NCBI GenBank assembly: GCA_041320515.1
Contig: JBGLNR010000001.1
Span: 1,510,201-1,574,200, forward strand
Source: Planctomycetota bacterium
Lineage (GTDB): Bacteria > Planctomycetota > PUPC01 > DSUN01
Direction: 5' to 3'
DNA: 64,000 nt
The position numbers were made by a program, and so were the translations under genes. Below are positions 1 through 9,763 of the stretch, one piece after another. Position 1 is the stretch's first letter. Each line of letters begins with the position of its first letter. The notes beneath the pieces were generated by a model. That model saw only the letters and a list, made by a program, of their open reading frames with translations, made no database searches and was not told the DNA's origin.

Positions 1-131
1 CCGAACGGTAAGGCACGGTTCTTCGATTTCGGGGTCAGCCGTGATGGCTTGGCAGTGACCGCCTGCTGATTCGCTTGACCGGCTGCTTCGAGCGTCTGCG
101 GCTTCTCACCTGCACTTGAGCGAGGAATACC

Positions 132-3100
132 ATGGTGGAAAGATTCGCAAGAGCGAGGGGTGTCTGGTGCGTCTTCGCTGTGGTGTTGATGGGCATGTCT
201 TCCAGCGCGACCGGGGCGAACACGCCGCCCGTGGCGCAGAATGATGCCTACAATGTACCCAGGAATGGGACGTTGAGTGTGTATGCCCCAGGGGTGTTGG
301 CGAACGACACGGACGTCGACGGCGACACGCTCACTGCGGTTCTTTCCGACGACGTGAGCCGCGGCGCGCTGACGCTCAACGAGAACGGCTCGTTCACGTA
401 CACGCCGACCCCCAACACCAGTGGCACCGACTCGTTCACCTACTGGGCGTACGACGGCTCGGCGTACAGCAACACTGCCACGGTAACGATCACCGTCCAC
501 ACCAGCAACAGCGCGTCCGTGGCGCAGGCCGATGCCTACAAGGTCGCAGTGGATCGCGAGTCGAGCGTCGCTGCTCCCGGAGTGCTGGCGAACGACACCG
601 ATGCGAACGGCGACAATCTCGCCGCAATCCTCGTGAGCCCTGTGACCCACGGCTCGCTGACGCTCAACGCCAACGGCTCGTTCAGCTACACGCCAGACCC
701 CAACTACCTATCCGCCTCGTTCACCTACAAGGCGAACGACGGCCTGGCGGACAGCAGTACTCAGACGGTGACGATCACCGTGCTTTCCGCCTACGCGTAC
801 CGCATCCCCGATGCGGAGCTGCTCGACACAGCCAACTTCGTAAAGCTCCCCTGGAGCACCAGCGCCAGCACCCTCGATCACAGGTACGATGTGGGGGGCG
901 AGGGCGTCGTCTACTGGTTCACGCTCCAGGGGCCCGACAACGGCAAGATCGTGCTCGGGGACGATTGGCCGACCAGCCCCAATGCAGGCTTCGGATGGGA
1001 TGCGGAGCTGGGCCACTCGACAAGCCTCGCCGCCTACGGCTGCTACGAGTTGGTGATCTCGTATATCAACGGCCCGGCTGGCAGCGATATTGACGTCGAC
1101 CTCTTCCTCAACACGGGGTTGACCGGGCCGAGCGGCTACCCCTCCAATGACGGGACGAACGACACGTTCTGGGAAGGCGGGTGGACCACGCTCTCGCTTG
1201 GCCAGACTAAGACGCTGCGACTGGACTTCAACAACGCGCGTGCCGACAACATCTCCGACAATAAGGTGCCCCACACCGGCGGCGGAAAGGGGTGGCTGAA
1301 CTGGGGCTGGTATCCGATCAACGACCGTGACCGCAACGAGATCAGCAACATCGGGTTCCAGGTCGCCGACTTCGATGGAGACGCGCTCGGCCACTCCGTT
1401 GAGATCACGCTCAACGTGATGAACCCCACGGCCGCTCAGGTTAAGCTCAAGGGGGCGCGCGTGGAGGACGAGAGCGTGGTCGTCGAGTGGGACACGGCGT
1501 CGGAGGTTGGGACCGCCGGTTTCTACGTCGTGCGTCGCGAGGGCGCCGGCGGCAAGGCCAAGGTTCTCGGCCCAGGCCTGCTGCCCGGCTTGCTCCACCG
1601 CCCGCAGGGCGGCGCGTATCGGCTGGCGGATCCCGACGTGCGGGAGGGCCAGACCTATACGTATGAGATTGTGGAAGTGGAAGCCAGCGGCGGGAAGCGC
1701 GCCTGTGGCAAGTGTCAGATCACGGTAGACAAGCTGACCGCGGAGGGCGCAGGGGGTGCGAAGCCGAAGCGGGAGCCTGATGGCCTAGCCTACAGCAAGG
1801 TGCCTCGCCCCCGCTCCGCGCCGGGCGTGGCGGGCACGATCCGCTTGCGGCGCGCCGCAGCAGGCAACGCGGCAGGCCGCGCGCTCCCGAGGGCGGCTGG
1901 GCACGCGGTCAAGATTGCAGTGAAGGAGAATGGGCTGTACTACGTGGGGGCGACGGACCTCGCGCCGTTGCTGGCAGGCTCCGCGCGGTCGGTCGCACAA
2001 CTGATCAGGCTGGGCCATCTCTCGCTCACCTGTCGCGGCGAGGCGGTGGCCTATCTTCCAGCGCAAGACGGCGTTGGCCTCTACTTCTATGGACAGGCAA
2101 TCCAGAGTATCTATGCCGCTGAAAACGTCTACTGGCTGGAGTTCGGCTTGGGCGACCTCATGGCCGAGATGGGGGAGAGCGGGGTCCAGCCGGCCGCTGT
2201 GGCGCAGAGGTTCACCGAAGTTGTGCACGCCGAAGAGAACAGGTACCCAGCAACAGGCATCTTCTTCGACCCTACGGCAGACTTCTGGTTGTGGGACTAT
2301 GTGATCAGCGGTCAGGAGAGCAAGTCTGTCACGGTACGCGCCGATGGTGCGGCCTTGTCGGGCAGGACGATCCTGACCGTACACTTGACGGGCGCGACAA
2401 GCACGAAAGTCGACCCAGAGCATCACGCCCGAATCTCCCTGAACGGCGTGGCCGTCGGTGAAGCCCGGTGGGACGGCCTGGATGGCCATTCGCTGGCGGT
2501 GTCTGTGAATCCTGCCCTGTTGCGCTTGGGGGCGAACACGGTGGCTGTGGAGGGCATCCTGGACACGGGAGCCCCGTATAGCATCTTCTACATTGACTCC
2601 CTTGACCTCGTCTACGAGCGACGCTATGAGGCCGTCGGAGACTCCTTGCTGTGCCGTGCCGAGGACCATGCCGTCGTGACCGTCGGTGGGTTCACCCAGT
2701 CGCAGATCTCCGTCCTGGACGTGACCAGCCCAAGGAAGCCGAGGCACGTGGCCGGAGCGACCGTCGAGGAGGCGGACGGCGGCTACCGGGTGAGCTTCGC
2801 CTCTCCGGGGCCAGGGAGCGCCTGCCTGGCCGTGACGCCCCAGGCGGCCAAGCGTCCCTTGTCGCTGACCTCTGATGAGCCATCGCAGCTTAGGCATCGA
2901 GGCAACCGCGCAGACTACGTGATAATCGCGCCTGCCGAGCTGAAGGAGGCCGCCCAAGCGCTGGCCGGCTATCGGGCGGGCCAGGGCCTCGCCACAATGG
3001 TGGTGACGCTCGAAGACATCTACGACGAATTCAACTACGGCATCGCTGACCCGCATGCGACACAGGCATTCCTCGCATACGCCTGCGGAAGCTGGCGCCG

Positions 3101-3992
3101 TGGGCCGAAGTACGTGGTGCTGGCTGGGAGGGGCACGTATGACTACAAGAACTACCTGGGCTACGGCGACAATCTGGTACCGCCGCTGCTGAAGAGCACG
3201 GGATACGGATTGTTCGTGTCGGACCGGCAGTTCGCGCCGCAGTTGGCCATCGGGCGCCTGCCGGCGACCAGCGCGGCGGAGTTCGACGCCCTCGTGCAGA
3301 AGATCATCGCCTACGAGCGGGGATCGGGGAGCTGGACGAAGCGGGTCGTGATGGCGGCGGATAACGCCGACGGCGGCGGAGACTTCCCTCGCGACAGCGA
3401 CGATCTGGCGCGGCGCATTCCAGCAGCCTACGCGGTGAGCAAGGTGTACTTGTCGAATGCGCCGCTGAGCGTGGCCCGCGAGCAACTCCGCCAGGGATTC
3501 CTCAACGGGGCATTGCTCGTGAACTACATGGGGCATGGCGGCATGGACCGCCTGGCCCAGGAAGGGTTGCTGACCGTGGGCGATGTGGGCGCCCTGAACA
3601 ACGCGGAGCGCCTGCCCGTCGTGATGACGCTAACCTGTGTAGCCGGCCGGTTCGATGTCCCGGGCTACGAGTGCGTCGGCGAGGCATTGGTGTTGCAGCC
3701 TGCGGGCGGCGCCGTTGCGTTCCTGGGGCCGTCGGGGCTTCTCCTCAATGGCCAGAGCAAGGCGCTTGGGGAAGGGTTCCTCCAGGCCAGCCTGAGGCCC
3801 GGGGAGCGTGTGTTGGGCGACGTGGCCGCGGAAGCGTTCCGAAACGCCACGGGCACGGGCTCCTCGGCGGGGCTTCTGGAACTCTACAACCTCCTCGGCG
3901 ACCCCGCCCTGAAGCTCAGGGGCGCCGACGCAGCCACTGGGTCGGGCCCGCGAAACGCCAACCCGAGAGCCACGCAAGCCGAGAGTCGCTGA
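132..3992 (+). CDS. Secreted multidomain protein: two cadherin/VCBS-like repeats followed by a C-terminal peptidase C25 (gingipain-like) domain
   Basis: 1286-aa ORF with a hydrophobic signal-like N-terminus. Two copies of AQxDAYxV...PGVLANDTDxxGDxLxA...LTLNxNGSFxYTP. The C-terminal half has ADYVIIAP, NYMGHGG (His) and MTLTCVAGRFD (Cys), as in clan CD C25 peptidases. Confidence 0.85.
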   Translation: MVERFARARGVWCVFAVVLMGMSSSATGANTPPVAQNDAYNVPRNGTLSVYAPGVLANDTDVDGDTLTAVLSDDVSRGALTLNENGSFTYTPTPNTSGTDSFTYWAYDGSAYSNTATVTITVHTSNSASVAQADAYKVAVDRESSVAAPGVLANDTDANGDNLAAILVSPVTHGSLTLNANGSFSYTPDPNYLSASFTYKANDGLADSSTQTVTITVLSAYAYRIPDAELLDTANFVKLPWSTSASTLDHRYDVGGEGVVYWFTLQGPDNGKIVLGDDWPTSPNAGFGWDAELGHSTSLAAYGCYELVISYINGPAGSDIDVDLFLNTGLTGPSGYPSNDGTNDTFWEGGWTTLSLGQTKTLRLDFNNARADNISDNKVPHTGGGKGWLNWGWYPINDRDRNEISNIGFQVADFDGDALGHSVEITLNVMNPTAAQVKLKGARVEDESVVVEWDTASEVGTAGFYVVRREGAGGKAKVLGPGLLPGLLHRPQGGAYRLADPDVREGQTYTYEIVEVEASGGKRACGKCQITVDKLTAEGAGGAKPKREPDGLAYSKVPRPRSAPGVAGTIRLRRAAAGNAAGRALPRAAGHAVKIAVKENGLYYVGATDLAPLLAGSARSVAQLIRLGHLSLTCRGEAVAYLPAQDGVGLYFYGQAIQSIYAAENVYWLEFGLGDLMAEMGESGVQPAAVAQRFTEVVHAEENRYPATGIFFDPTADFWLWDYVISGQESKSVTVRADGAALSGRTILTVHLTGATSTKVDPEHHARISLNGVAVGEARWDGLDGHSLAVSVNPALLRLGANTVAVEGILDTGAPYSIFYIDSLDLVYERRYEAVGDSLLCRAEDHAVVTVGGFTQSQISVLDVTSPRKPRHVAGATVEEADGGYRVSFASPGPGSACLAVTPQAAKRPLSLTSDEPSQLRHRGNRADYVIIAPAELKEAAQALAGYRAGQGLATMVVTLEDIYDEFNYGIADPHATQAFLAYACGSWRRGPKYVVLAGRGTYDYKNYLGYGDNLVPPLLKSTGYGLFVSDRQFAPQLAIGRLPATSAAEFDALVQKIIAYERGSGSWTKRVVMAADNADGGGDFPRDSDDLARRIPAAYAVSKVYLSNAPLSVAREQLRQGFLNGALLVNYMGHGGMDRLAQEGLLTVGDVGALNNAERLPVVMTLTCVAGRFDVPGYECVGEALVLQPAGGAVAFLGPSGLLLNGQSKALGEGFLQASLRPGERVLGDVAAEAFRNATGTGSSAGLLELYNLLGDPALKLRGADAATGSGPRNANPRATQAESR

Positions 3993-4009
3993 GGACAGGA
4001 GAGCACGCG

Positions 4010-4507
4010 ATGCCGATGTATGAGTTCCTCTGCGAGGGCTGCAACCGCGTCTTCCACTTCCTCGCGCGCACGCCCGAGGCGGCGAAGCGCAAACCCACCT
4101 GCCCCAAGTGCGGCGGCAGGAAGATGACCAAGCAGTTCTCCCTGTTCGCGACGGGACGAAAGGGGGCCACGCGTGGCAAGGAGGCGGAGGCGTCGGCGCC
4201 CGACGCCGGCCGCGGCCCAAGCCCCGCAGAAGACGAGCGCATGGAGCTGGCCATGACGGAGCTGGCCCGCGACATGGAATCCGTTGACGAGAGCAACCCG
4301 CGGCAGCTGGCTGCCGTGATGCGGCGGCTGTCCGACGCGACGGGCGAGGACCTGGGACCCGAGATGGACGAGATGGTTCGCCGCCTCGAGGCCGGCGAAG
4401 ACCCCGAGAAAGTCGAGGAGGACATGGGAGATGCCCTCGGCGACGAGGGCCTCGGCGGCGAGGCCCGTGGCGCGCCAACCCACGACGACGGCCTCTATGA
4501 CCTCTAG
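4010..4507 (+). CDS. FmdB-family zinc-ribbon protein (CxxC...CxxC) with an acidic C-terminal tail
   Basis: MPMYEFLCEGCNRVFHFL...KPTCPKCGG matches the FmdB/CxxC_CxxC_SSSS putative regulator signature. ATG at 4010 lies in frame within track ORF 3671..4507. Confidence 0.85.
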   Translation: MPMYEFLCEGCNRVFHFLARTPEAAKRKPTCPKCGGRKMTKQFSLFATGRKGATRGKEAEASAPDAGRGPSPAEDERMELAMTELARDMESVDESNPRQLAAVMRRLSDATGEDLGPEMDEMVRRLEAGEDPEKVEEDMGDALGDEGLGGEARGAPTHDDGLYDL

Positions 4508-5672
4508 GGAAGCTCCTGTCACTGCGGCATGCGGCGCTGAGGTGGAACTTCTCCTCTGTTGCGCGCGGACCCCATTGGCCCCCGAGGTGGCGGACAGGAT
4601 CAAGTCACTGGCCCAGGAGCAGATTGACTGGGCCTGCCTCGTGGAAATGGCCTATCTGAACGCTGTAACCCCGTTGCTCTACCGAAGCCTCACAGGCGCC
4701 TGCGCTGACGCCGTCCCCGGGGCTATTCTCGATAGCTTGGCAGAGCGCTGCCGGACGAACACCATCCGGAGCCTGCTCTTGACCGCAGAGCTGCTGAGGC
4801 TCCTGGACTTGTTCGCCGAGCACGGGATCCAGGCGGTGCCCTTCAAAGGCCCGGTGCTGGCTGCTTCCGCCTACGGGGACGTGGCGCTCCGCGAGTACTG
4901 CGATCTGGACATCCTGGTTCGCAAGAGGGACCTCAGGAGGACCAGGAAGCTGGGTGTCTCGCAGGGGTACCACGCGTACCGCTGGAACCTCGAAAAGCCA
5001 GGTTCCCGTTTGACCGTGGAGTTGCACTCCTACGAGTTCGGCGCGTGCCTGCTCCCCGGCGCTGGCCATCGCTCCCAGGAGAAGGAGAGCTTGGCCACGG
5101 TATCTCTTCTGGGCGCGGACGTGCCCACTCTTGGCCCCGAGGAAGGGCTCTTGGGGCTTTGCACGCACGGCTCAAAGCACTGCTGGGACAGGCTGTCATG
5201 GGTCTGCGACATCGCGCAGTTCCTCCATTCGCAGCCCCGAATCAACTGGCACGGCGTGCTGGCGCTGGCCACGAGGACGGGGGAGCGGCGAAGGCTGCTC
5301 TGGGGGCTCCTTCTCGCCTTGGACCTCCTGGGCGCACCCGTGCCGCGGGAGGTCTCGGCGCTGGGATCGGGAGATGGCCGTCTGACCCGGCTTGTTGCTG
5401 AGGCGCGTCGCCGCATCCTGGACCCGCCAAGCGCCCCTCTCGGCAACATCGAGCGATGGGCCACCCACCTCCGCATGATGGAGCGGCCGCGGGACCGGCT
5501 GCGCTTCTGCCTGGGCCTCCTGCACGAGGGCCTCAGGCCGAACCTGACCGACCGCACTGTAGTGCCGCTCCCGCGATGGCTGCACGTGCTCTACTATGCG
5601 ATCCACCCCATGCGCATCGCCCTGACCTATGGCCCGCGCGCCGTGAAGCGCCTCTTCAGGCGCGCCACGTGA
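4497..5672 (+). CDS. Uncharacterised nucleotidyltransferase family protein (NTP_transf_5-like)
   Basis: N-terminus ELLLCCARTPL...IDWACLVEMAYLNAVTPLLYRSL and CDLDILV are typical of this family. ATG at 4497 overlaps the upstream stop by 11 nt. Confidence 0.7.
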   Translation: MTSREAPVTAACGAEVELLLCCARTPLAPEVADRIKSLAQEQIDWACLVEMAYLNAVTPLLYRSLTGACADAVPGAILDSLAERCRTNTIRSLLLTAELLRLLDLFAEHGIQAVPFKGPVLAASAYGDVALREYCDLDILVRKRDLRRTRKLGVSQGYHAYRWNLEKPGSRLTVELHSYEFGACLLPGAGHRSQEKESLATVSLLGADVPTLGPEEGLLGLCTHGSKHCWDRLSWVCDIAQFLHSQPRINWHGVLALATRTGERRRLLWGLLLALDLLGAPVPREVSALGSGDGRLTRLVAEARRRILDPPSAPLGNIERWATHLRMMERPRDRLRFCLGLLHEGLRPNLTDRTVVPLPRWLHVLYYAIHPMRIALTYGPRAVKRLFRRAT

Positions 5673-6000
5673 GCCCCTTGCCCTCAAGATGCTCGCCTTC
5701 CCTCCCCTGCGAGGTGAGGTGAACACCTCGCCGCGGCCCTCACCCGTGTCGCCCGATGAGCACATGTGCTTGCCATTGCTGAGCTTGCGGCGGGGCGTTC
5801 CTGGCGGGCGCCTGCCCATTCCAACATGTTCACCCCGTGTGTCGCGCGGTGAACATGTCGAACGCCTTGGGCGCCAGGGTCGGCGGCCACGCTCGCCGCT
5901 GCCGGAGCGCTTGCACTGGGGGCGGGAGTGCGCTATACTGCGATCATGTCAGGGGTGGCCCCTACAGCGCGCTCTGTGGTCAGAAGCAGGAGTCCAGACA

Positions 6001-6654
6001 GTGAGGCCCAGGCGAGCGGCGTTGTTCGGGGTTGCGCTGGCGGCACTACTGGTCCGAGCGGGGTTCGCGGTCCCCATCACGGACCCCTCGCAGTTCACCA
6101 GCGTGGCGGTTGTGATTGACTACCTGAACTCCCCGGTCGGCATCCTTGGTCCGACCACTCCTGTCACCAACCAGTACGCCTTGCTGGGTATCCTCCACAG
6201 CGGCCAGACCACGACCCCCCCGGGTCCCTTGGGGATGACAAGCCTGTCAGGCTTGCCGGCTCTGGAGGCGGGCACTGACGATGGTGCCGCACAGGTCCGG
6301 GTCGACTTCACGATACTCGTCGATCAGGTGGGCGCGTTCTTCGCCATGGCCGCTCCCGAGGACTCGATGAGCATCGTGGCGTACCGCCTGGACGACAGCA
6401 TCATCGAGCAGTTCATCATGTCGCCTGCTGCCATGCCCCGCGTGCCTGGCCCATTCGACTTCAACGAGGGCTTCATAGGCCTGAACACGGACGAGTACAT
6501 CGCGTACGTCATCTTCGGCCCCGCCGGCCCCCGGAACCTCGCGATTGTGATTGACGATCTGCACGTCGGCGCATCCCCGATCCCCGAGCCGGCCACCCTG
6601 TCCCTGCTCGTCCTCGGCGGCCTCGGCCTGCTGCGTCGGCGCCGCACGCGCTGA
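6001..6654 (+). CDS. PEP-CTERM sorting-domain protein
   Basis: GTG at 6001 is preceded by AGGAG. Signal peptide RRAALFGVALAALLVRAGFA. C-terminus PIPEPATLSLLVLGGLGLLRRRRTR is a PEP-CTERM anchor. Confidence 0.8.
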   Translation: MRPRRAALFGVALAALLVRAGFAVPITDPSQFTSVAVVIDYLNSPVGILGPTTPVTNQYALLGILHSGQTTTPPGPLGMTSLSGLPALEAGTDDGAAQVRVDFTILVDQVGAFFAMAAPEDSMSIVAYRLDDSIIEQFIMSPAAMPRVPGPFDFNEGFIGLNTDEYIAYVIFGPAGPRNLAIVIDDLHVGASPIPEPATLSLLVLGGLGLLRRRRTR

Positions 6655-6852
6655 GCCGACGGCTCCGCAACCGTCCAAGGCACCCTGCACCTCGCCGGGT
6701 GCCTTTGCTTTAGCTCGACTTTCGCCGTCAGGCGGGGAGCCGGAGGGCGAAGTCGGTGACAGTCGGCTCACTTGTGGCAGGGCCGCCGATTTCTGACTCG
6801 ACGGTTCCCGAAGGCCGCCACCTTCCCCCTCAAGCGCCTCACCTACGTGAAC

Positions 6853-7347
6853 ATGAAGGGCGAGGTCTTCGCCCACAACTTCATCAAGTGGCTCAAGCCC
6901 AACGACCCGGCCGCCCCCGCCGCCTGGATACTGCTGATCGGGGTGGACGACGTGAAGCTGCCCGAGGCGAAGAACCTGGCCGGCGCGAAGCTCATCTTCC
7001 ACGTCGTCGAGGCCCACGACAAGGCGAACATGGAGGCCGCCGCGGTCACCCTCAAGGCGCCCTTCGAGACGGGCAAGCCCTACGACTTCAAGAACCTGGG
7101 CGACATCGTCGGCTCGGCCATCGTCAAGCAGGGTGGGGGCGCCGGCAAGCCGTTCGACCCGCCGCTGCGCTACGAGATTGACGTGACGAAGGCCGTCCGC
7201 ACCTGGATCGGCGGCGAGAAGCCCCACGGCCTGGCCCTCCGCATCGTGCCCAACCGCGGCGTGGACGACGGCTGGACCGTCCGCTTCACCCCCTCGAAGG
7301 ACAAGCTGCCCGAGCTGGAGATCACGACCTACGAGGAGAAGAAGTAG
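6853..7347 (+). CDS. Hypothetical protein (weak resemblance to DNRLRE-type domains)
   Basis: Balanced amino-acid composition. Start taken at ATG 6853; the in-frame upstream start at 6772 is an alternative. Function unrecognised. Confidence 0.6.
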   Translation: MKGEVFAHNFIKWLKPNDPAAPAAWILLIGVDDVKLPEAKNLAGAKLIFHVVEAHDKANMEAAAVTLKAPFETGKPYDFKNLGDIVGSAIVKQGGGAGKPFDPPLRYEIDVTKAVRTWIGGEKPHGLALRIVPNRGVDDGWTVRFTPSKDKLPELEITTYEEKK

Positions 7348-7372
7348 GCCGCGGGCATGTCTGAGGACACGC

Positions 7373-8680
7373 ATGGGCACTGACGTCGTGCCGGGCACAC
7401 GCTCCTGGCTGGCCCTCACCGCGGCGCTCGGGCTCCTCGGCGCCTCCGCGCGGGCGGGGGAGCCTGGGGGCGTCGCGGCGCTCGGTGACGCCGAGCGGCG
7501 GGGAATCCTCGCCCTGATCGAGCAACTGGGGGCCGAGGACTACCGTACGCGCGAGGCGGCTCAGGCCGCCCTGGAAGATGCCCCGCCCGTCGCGCTCCCC
7601 CTGTTGAGAGAGTATGAACACAGCGACGACCCAGAGATCCGCCTCCGCATCCGCGAGATCATCCCGCGCGTTCGCGAGAGCCCGCGGCGCATGGAGAAGG
7701 AGCTTCGGGCGCGGTTGAAGCGCGACGGGGTCAAGTTCGGGCACCTGGCCGTGGACGACCGCAAGCGCGTCACCCTGAGCCTCACTGGCACCGACATCGC
7801 CGACCTTACGCCTCTCAAGGGCATCCCTCTGGCGACGCTCTACGTCCAGAACACAAAGGTGACCGACCTTTCCCCCCTCGCCGACATGCCGCTCGAGAAG
7901 CTCAACGCGCCCCTCACCGTCACCGACGGCTTCGACGCCATCCTCAAAATCCCCACCCTCAAGCTGGTCTGGGACATGCCGGTTGAGCAATTCCGCCGGG
8001 AGTGCCTTGCCAGGAAACGCTTCCGCGACGCAGGCGTCGTCTGGCATACATTCGAGTTGTGTGACGACGGGCAGTGCATCCTGAGCTTCAGCCCCGAGGC
8101 TGCGGCGAACCTGGCGGGCCTTCGCGGCCTGCCGGTCAAGCACCTCGACTTCCGCAACTGCAAGTGGCTCGATGACCTCGCCCCGCTCAAGGGGCTGCCT
8201 CTCGATAGCCTCGACCTCCAGAACACGAGCGTCCGCGACGCGGCGCCCCTGGCCGGCATGCCGCTGACGAAGCTTCTCGTCAGCGGCGCGGGGGTCGCCG
8301 ACCTGCGGCCCCTGGCCGGCCTTCGGCTCACGTACCTCAGCATGTACGGCGCGCCGGTTGCCGACATCGCTCCGCTGCGCGGCCTGCCGCTCAAGACCCT
8401 CATCCTCACCCACACCCAGGTCGCCGACCTGCGTCCCCTGAGCGGGATGCCCCTGCGGAGCCTTCACATCGAGGGGACCAAGGTCACCGACCTCTCGCCG
8501 TTGCAGGGCATGGCGCTCACCGAGCTGTTCTTCTCCCCGGAGCGGATCAAGGCGGGCATCGAGGCCATCCGCAACATGCCCACCATCCGCTGCCTCGGCG
8601 GAGGCGCGGTCAGCGACCACTTCATCGGCGCAGCGGAGTTCTGGGCTCGCCACGACGCCAGCCTCAAGCAACCACGGTAG
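7373..8680 (+). CDS. Secreted leucine-rich-repeat protein
   Basis: Signal-like N-terminus, then many repeats of the form L..L.GxPLxxLxLxxTxVxDLxPL. Confidence 0.8.
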   Translation: MGTDVVPGTRSWLALTAALGLLGASARAGEPGGVAALGDAERRGILALIEQLGAEDYRTREAAQAALEDAPPVALPLLREYEHSDDPEIRLRIREIIPRVRESPRRMEKELRARLKRDGVKFGHLAVDDRKRVTLSLTGTDIADLTPLKGIPLATLYVQNTKVTDLSPLADMPLEKLNAPLTVTDGFDAILKIPTLKLVWDMPVEQFRRECLARKRFRDAGVVWHTFELCDDGQCILSFSPEAAANLAGLRGLPVKHLDFRNCKWLDDLAPLKGLPLDSLDLQNTSVRDAAPLAGMPLTKLLVSGAGVADLRPLAGLRLTYLSMYGAPVADIAPLRGLPLKTLILTHTQVADLRPLSGMPLRSLHIEGTKVTDLSPLQGMALTELFFSPERIKAGIEAIRNMPTIRCLGGGAVSDHFIGAAEFWARHDASLKQPR

Positions 8681-8711
8681 CCGCGGAAGGAGATGCCCAT
8701 CTGACGCCAGG

Positions 8712-9668
8712 TCAGCCCGCGGCCTTGAGCTTCGGCGGCTCCGGCGCGGGCACCTTGCGGGGGACCGGCCCCAGGTCGAGCTTCCGCTTCCCCTTGGAGT
8801 GCGTGGCCTCGTAGAACACGCCCTTCTCGATGACCAGGCAGGCGGCCGGGCCGCCGAAGAACAACCCTACGTCCGCACGAATCAGCCGCCCACCCGCCCG
8901 AACCGAGACGCCCTCTGACGACACGGTGTGGCCGACGACCATGCGCTTCGCCCCGAACTTCGCAAACACCTCGTCGAGCGCCTTCACGACCTCCTCCTCG
9001 TCCCCGAGCGCCAGGAAGCGGGTCCAGAGCGGGCCGGTGTAGCTTGTGGCCAGCCCGTCCTCGTCGTCCTTCCCAAGCTCTTTTCGAATCGTGTCGTTGA
9101 TCTCGCGGAGCGACAGGCGGGCGCACTCGGGCGTGATGCCGGCGTGGACGAAGAGGACGTCGTTGATCTGGATGGCCGCGTTGTGCCCGCGAATCCACTT
9201 GCCGTAGGCGCCCTCGGCGCTCATCGCCTTGCCGAAGTCATCCTTCGTCCCGAACGCCTTGATCTGGGCGGGGATGACATAGGTCCAGACGCCAGCCAGG
9301 ACCATCGCCTCGTGGTTGCCGATGAGAGCGTGGACCGCCCCGCCCGCCTTCGCGGCCTGGGGCTCCAGCTTCATCAGGAGGTCCATCACCTTGCGCGAGT
9401 CGGGGCCGCGGCCCAGCACGTCCCCGAGCTGCACGAGATGCGTCTTGCCCCCCGCCCAGTCGTTCTTCTCATCCACCACGCCGGCGGCCTGAAGCGCTTT
9501 CACGAACTGCTCGAAGTCCCCATGCACGTCGCCCACGGCCACGATGCGCTCGACGTCGCTCCACTTCTCCTGGCGCTTGTCCTCCTGCTGTGCCGGCGCC
9601 GCGCAGCCGAAGAAGAGAACGAGCAGAAGGATGGGGCCAAGCCTCAGTTTTCTACTTTTCGTGCTCAT
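8712..9668 (-). CDS. Secreted metallophosphoesterase (PPP/ApaH-like phosphatase fold)
   Basis: Motifs VGDVHGD, QLGDVLGRGP and GNHE are present, with an N-terminal signal peptide. Confidence 0.85.
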   Translation of the reverse strand: MSTKSRKLRLGPILLLVLFFGCAAPAQQEDKRQEKWSDVERIVAVGDVHGDFEQFVKALQAAGVVDEKNDWAGGKTHLVQLGDVLGRGPDSRKVMDLLMKLEPQAAKAGGAVHALIGNHEAMVLAGVWTYVIPAQIKAFGTKDDFGKAMSAEGAYGKWIRGHNAAIQINDVLFVHAGITPECARLSLREINDTIRKELGKDDEDGLATSYTGPLWTRFLALGDEEEVVKALDEVFAKFGAKRMVVGHTVSSEGVSVRAGGRLIRADVGLFFGGPAACLVIEKGVFYEATHSKGKRKLDLGPVPRKVPAPEPPKLKAAG

Positions 9669-9763
9669 CTGTCGTCCTCGCCTCAGATCGCGGGTTGACG
9701 CGCTCTCGTCCTCATGCCATCATTATGCCGTGGGGAGGGCGTCCGTGCAACGAGGGGTTCGGG

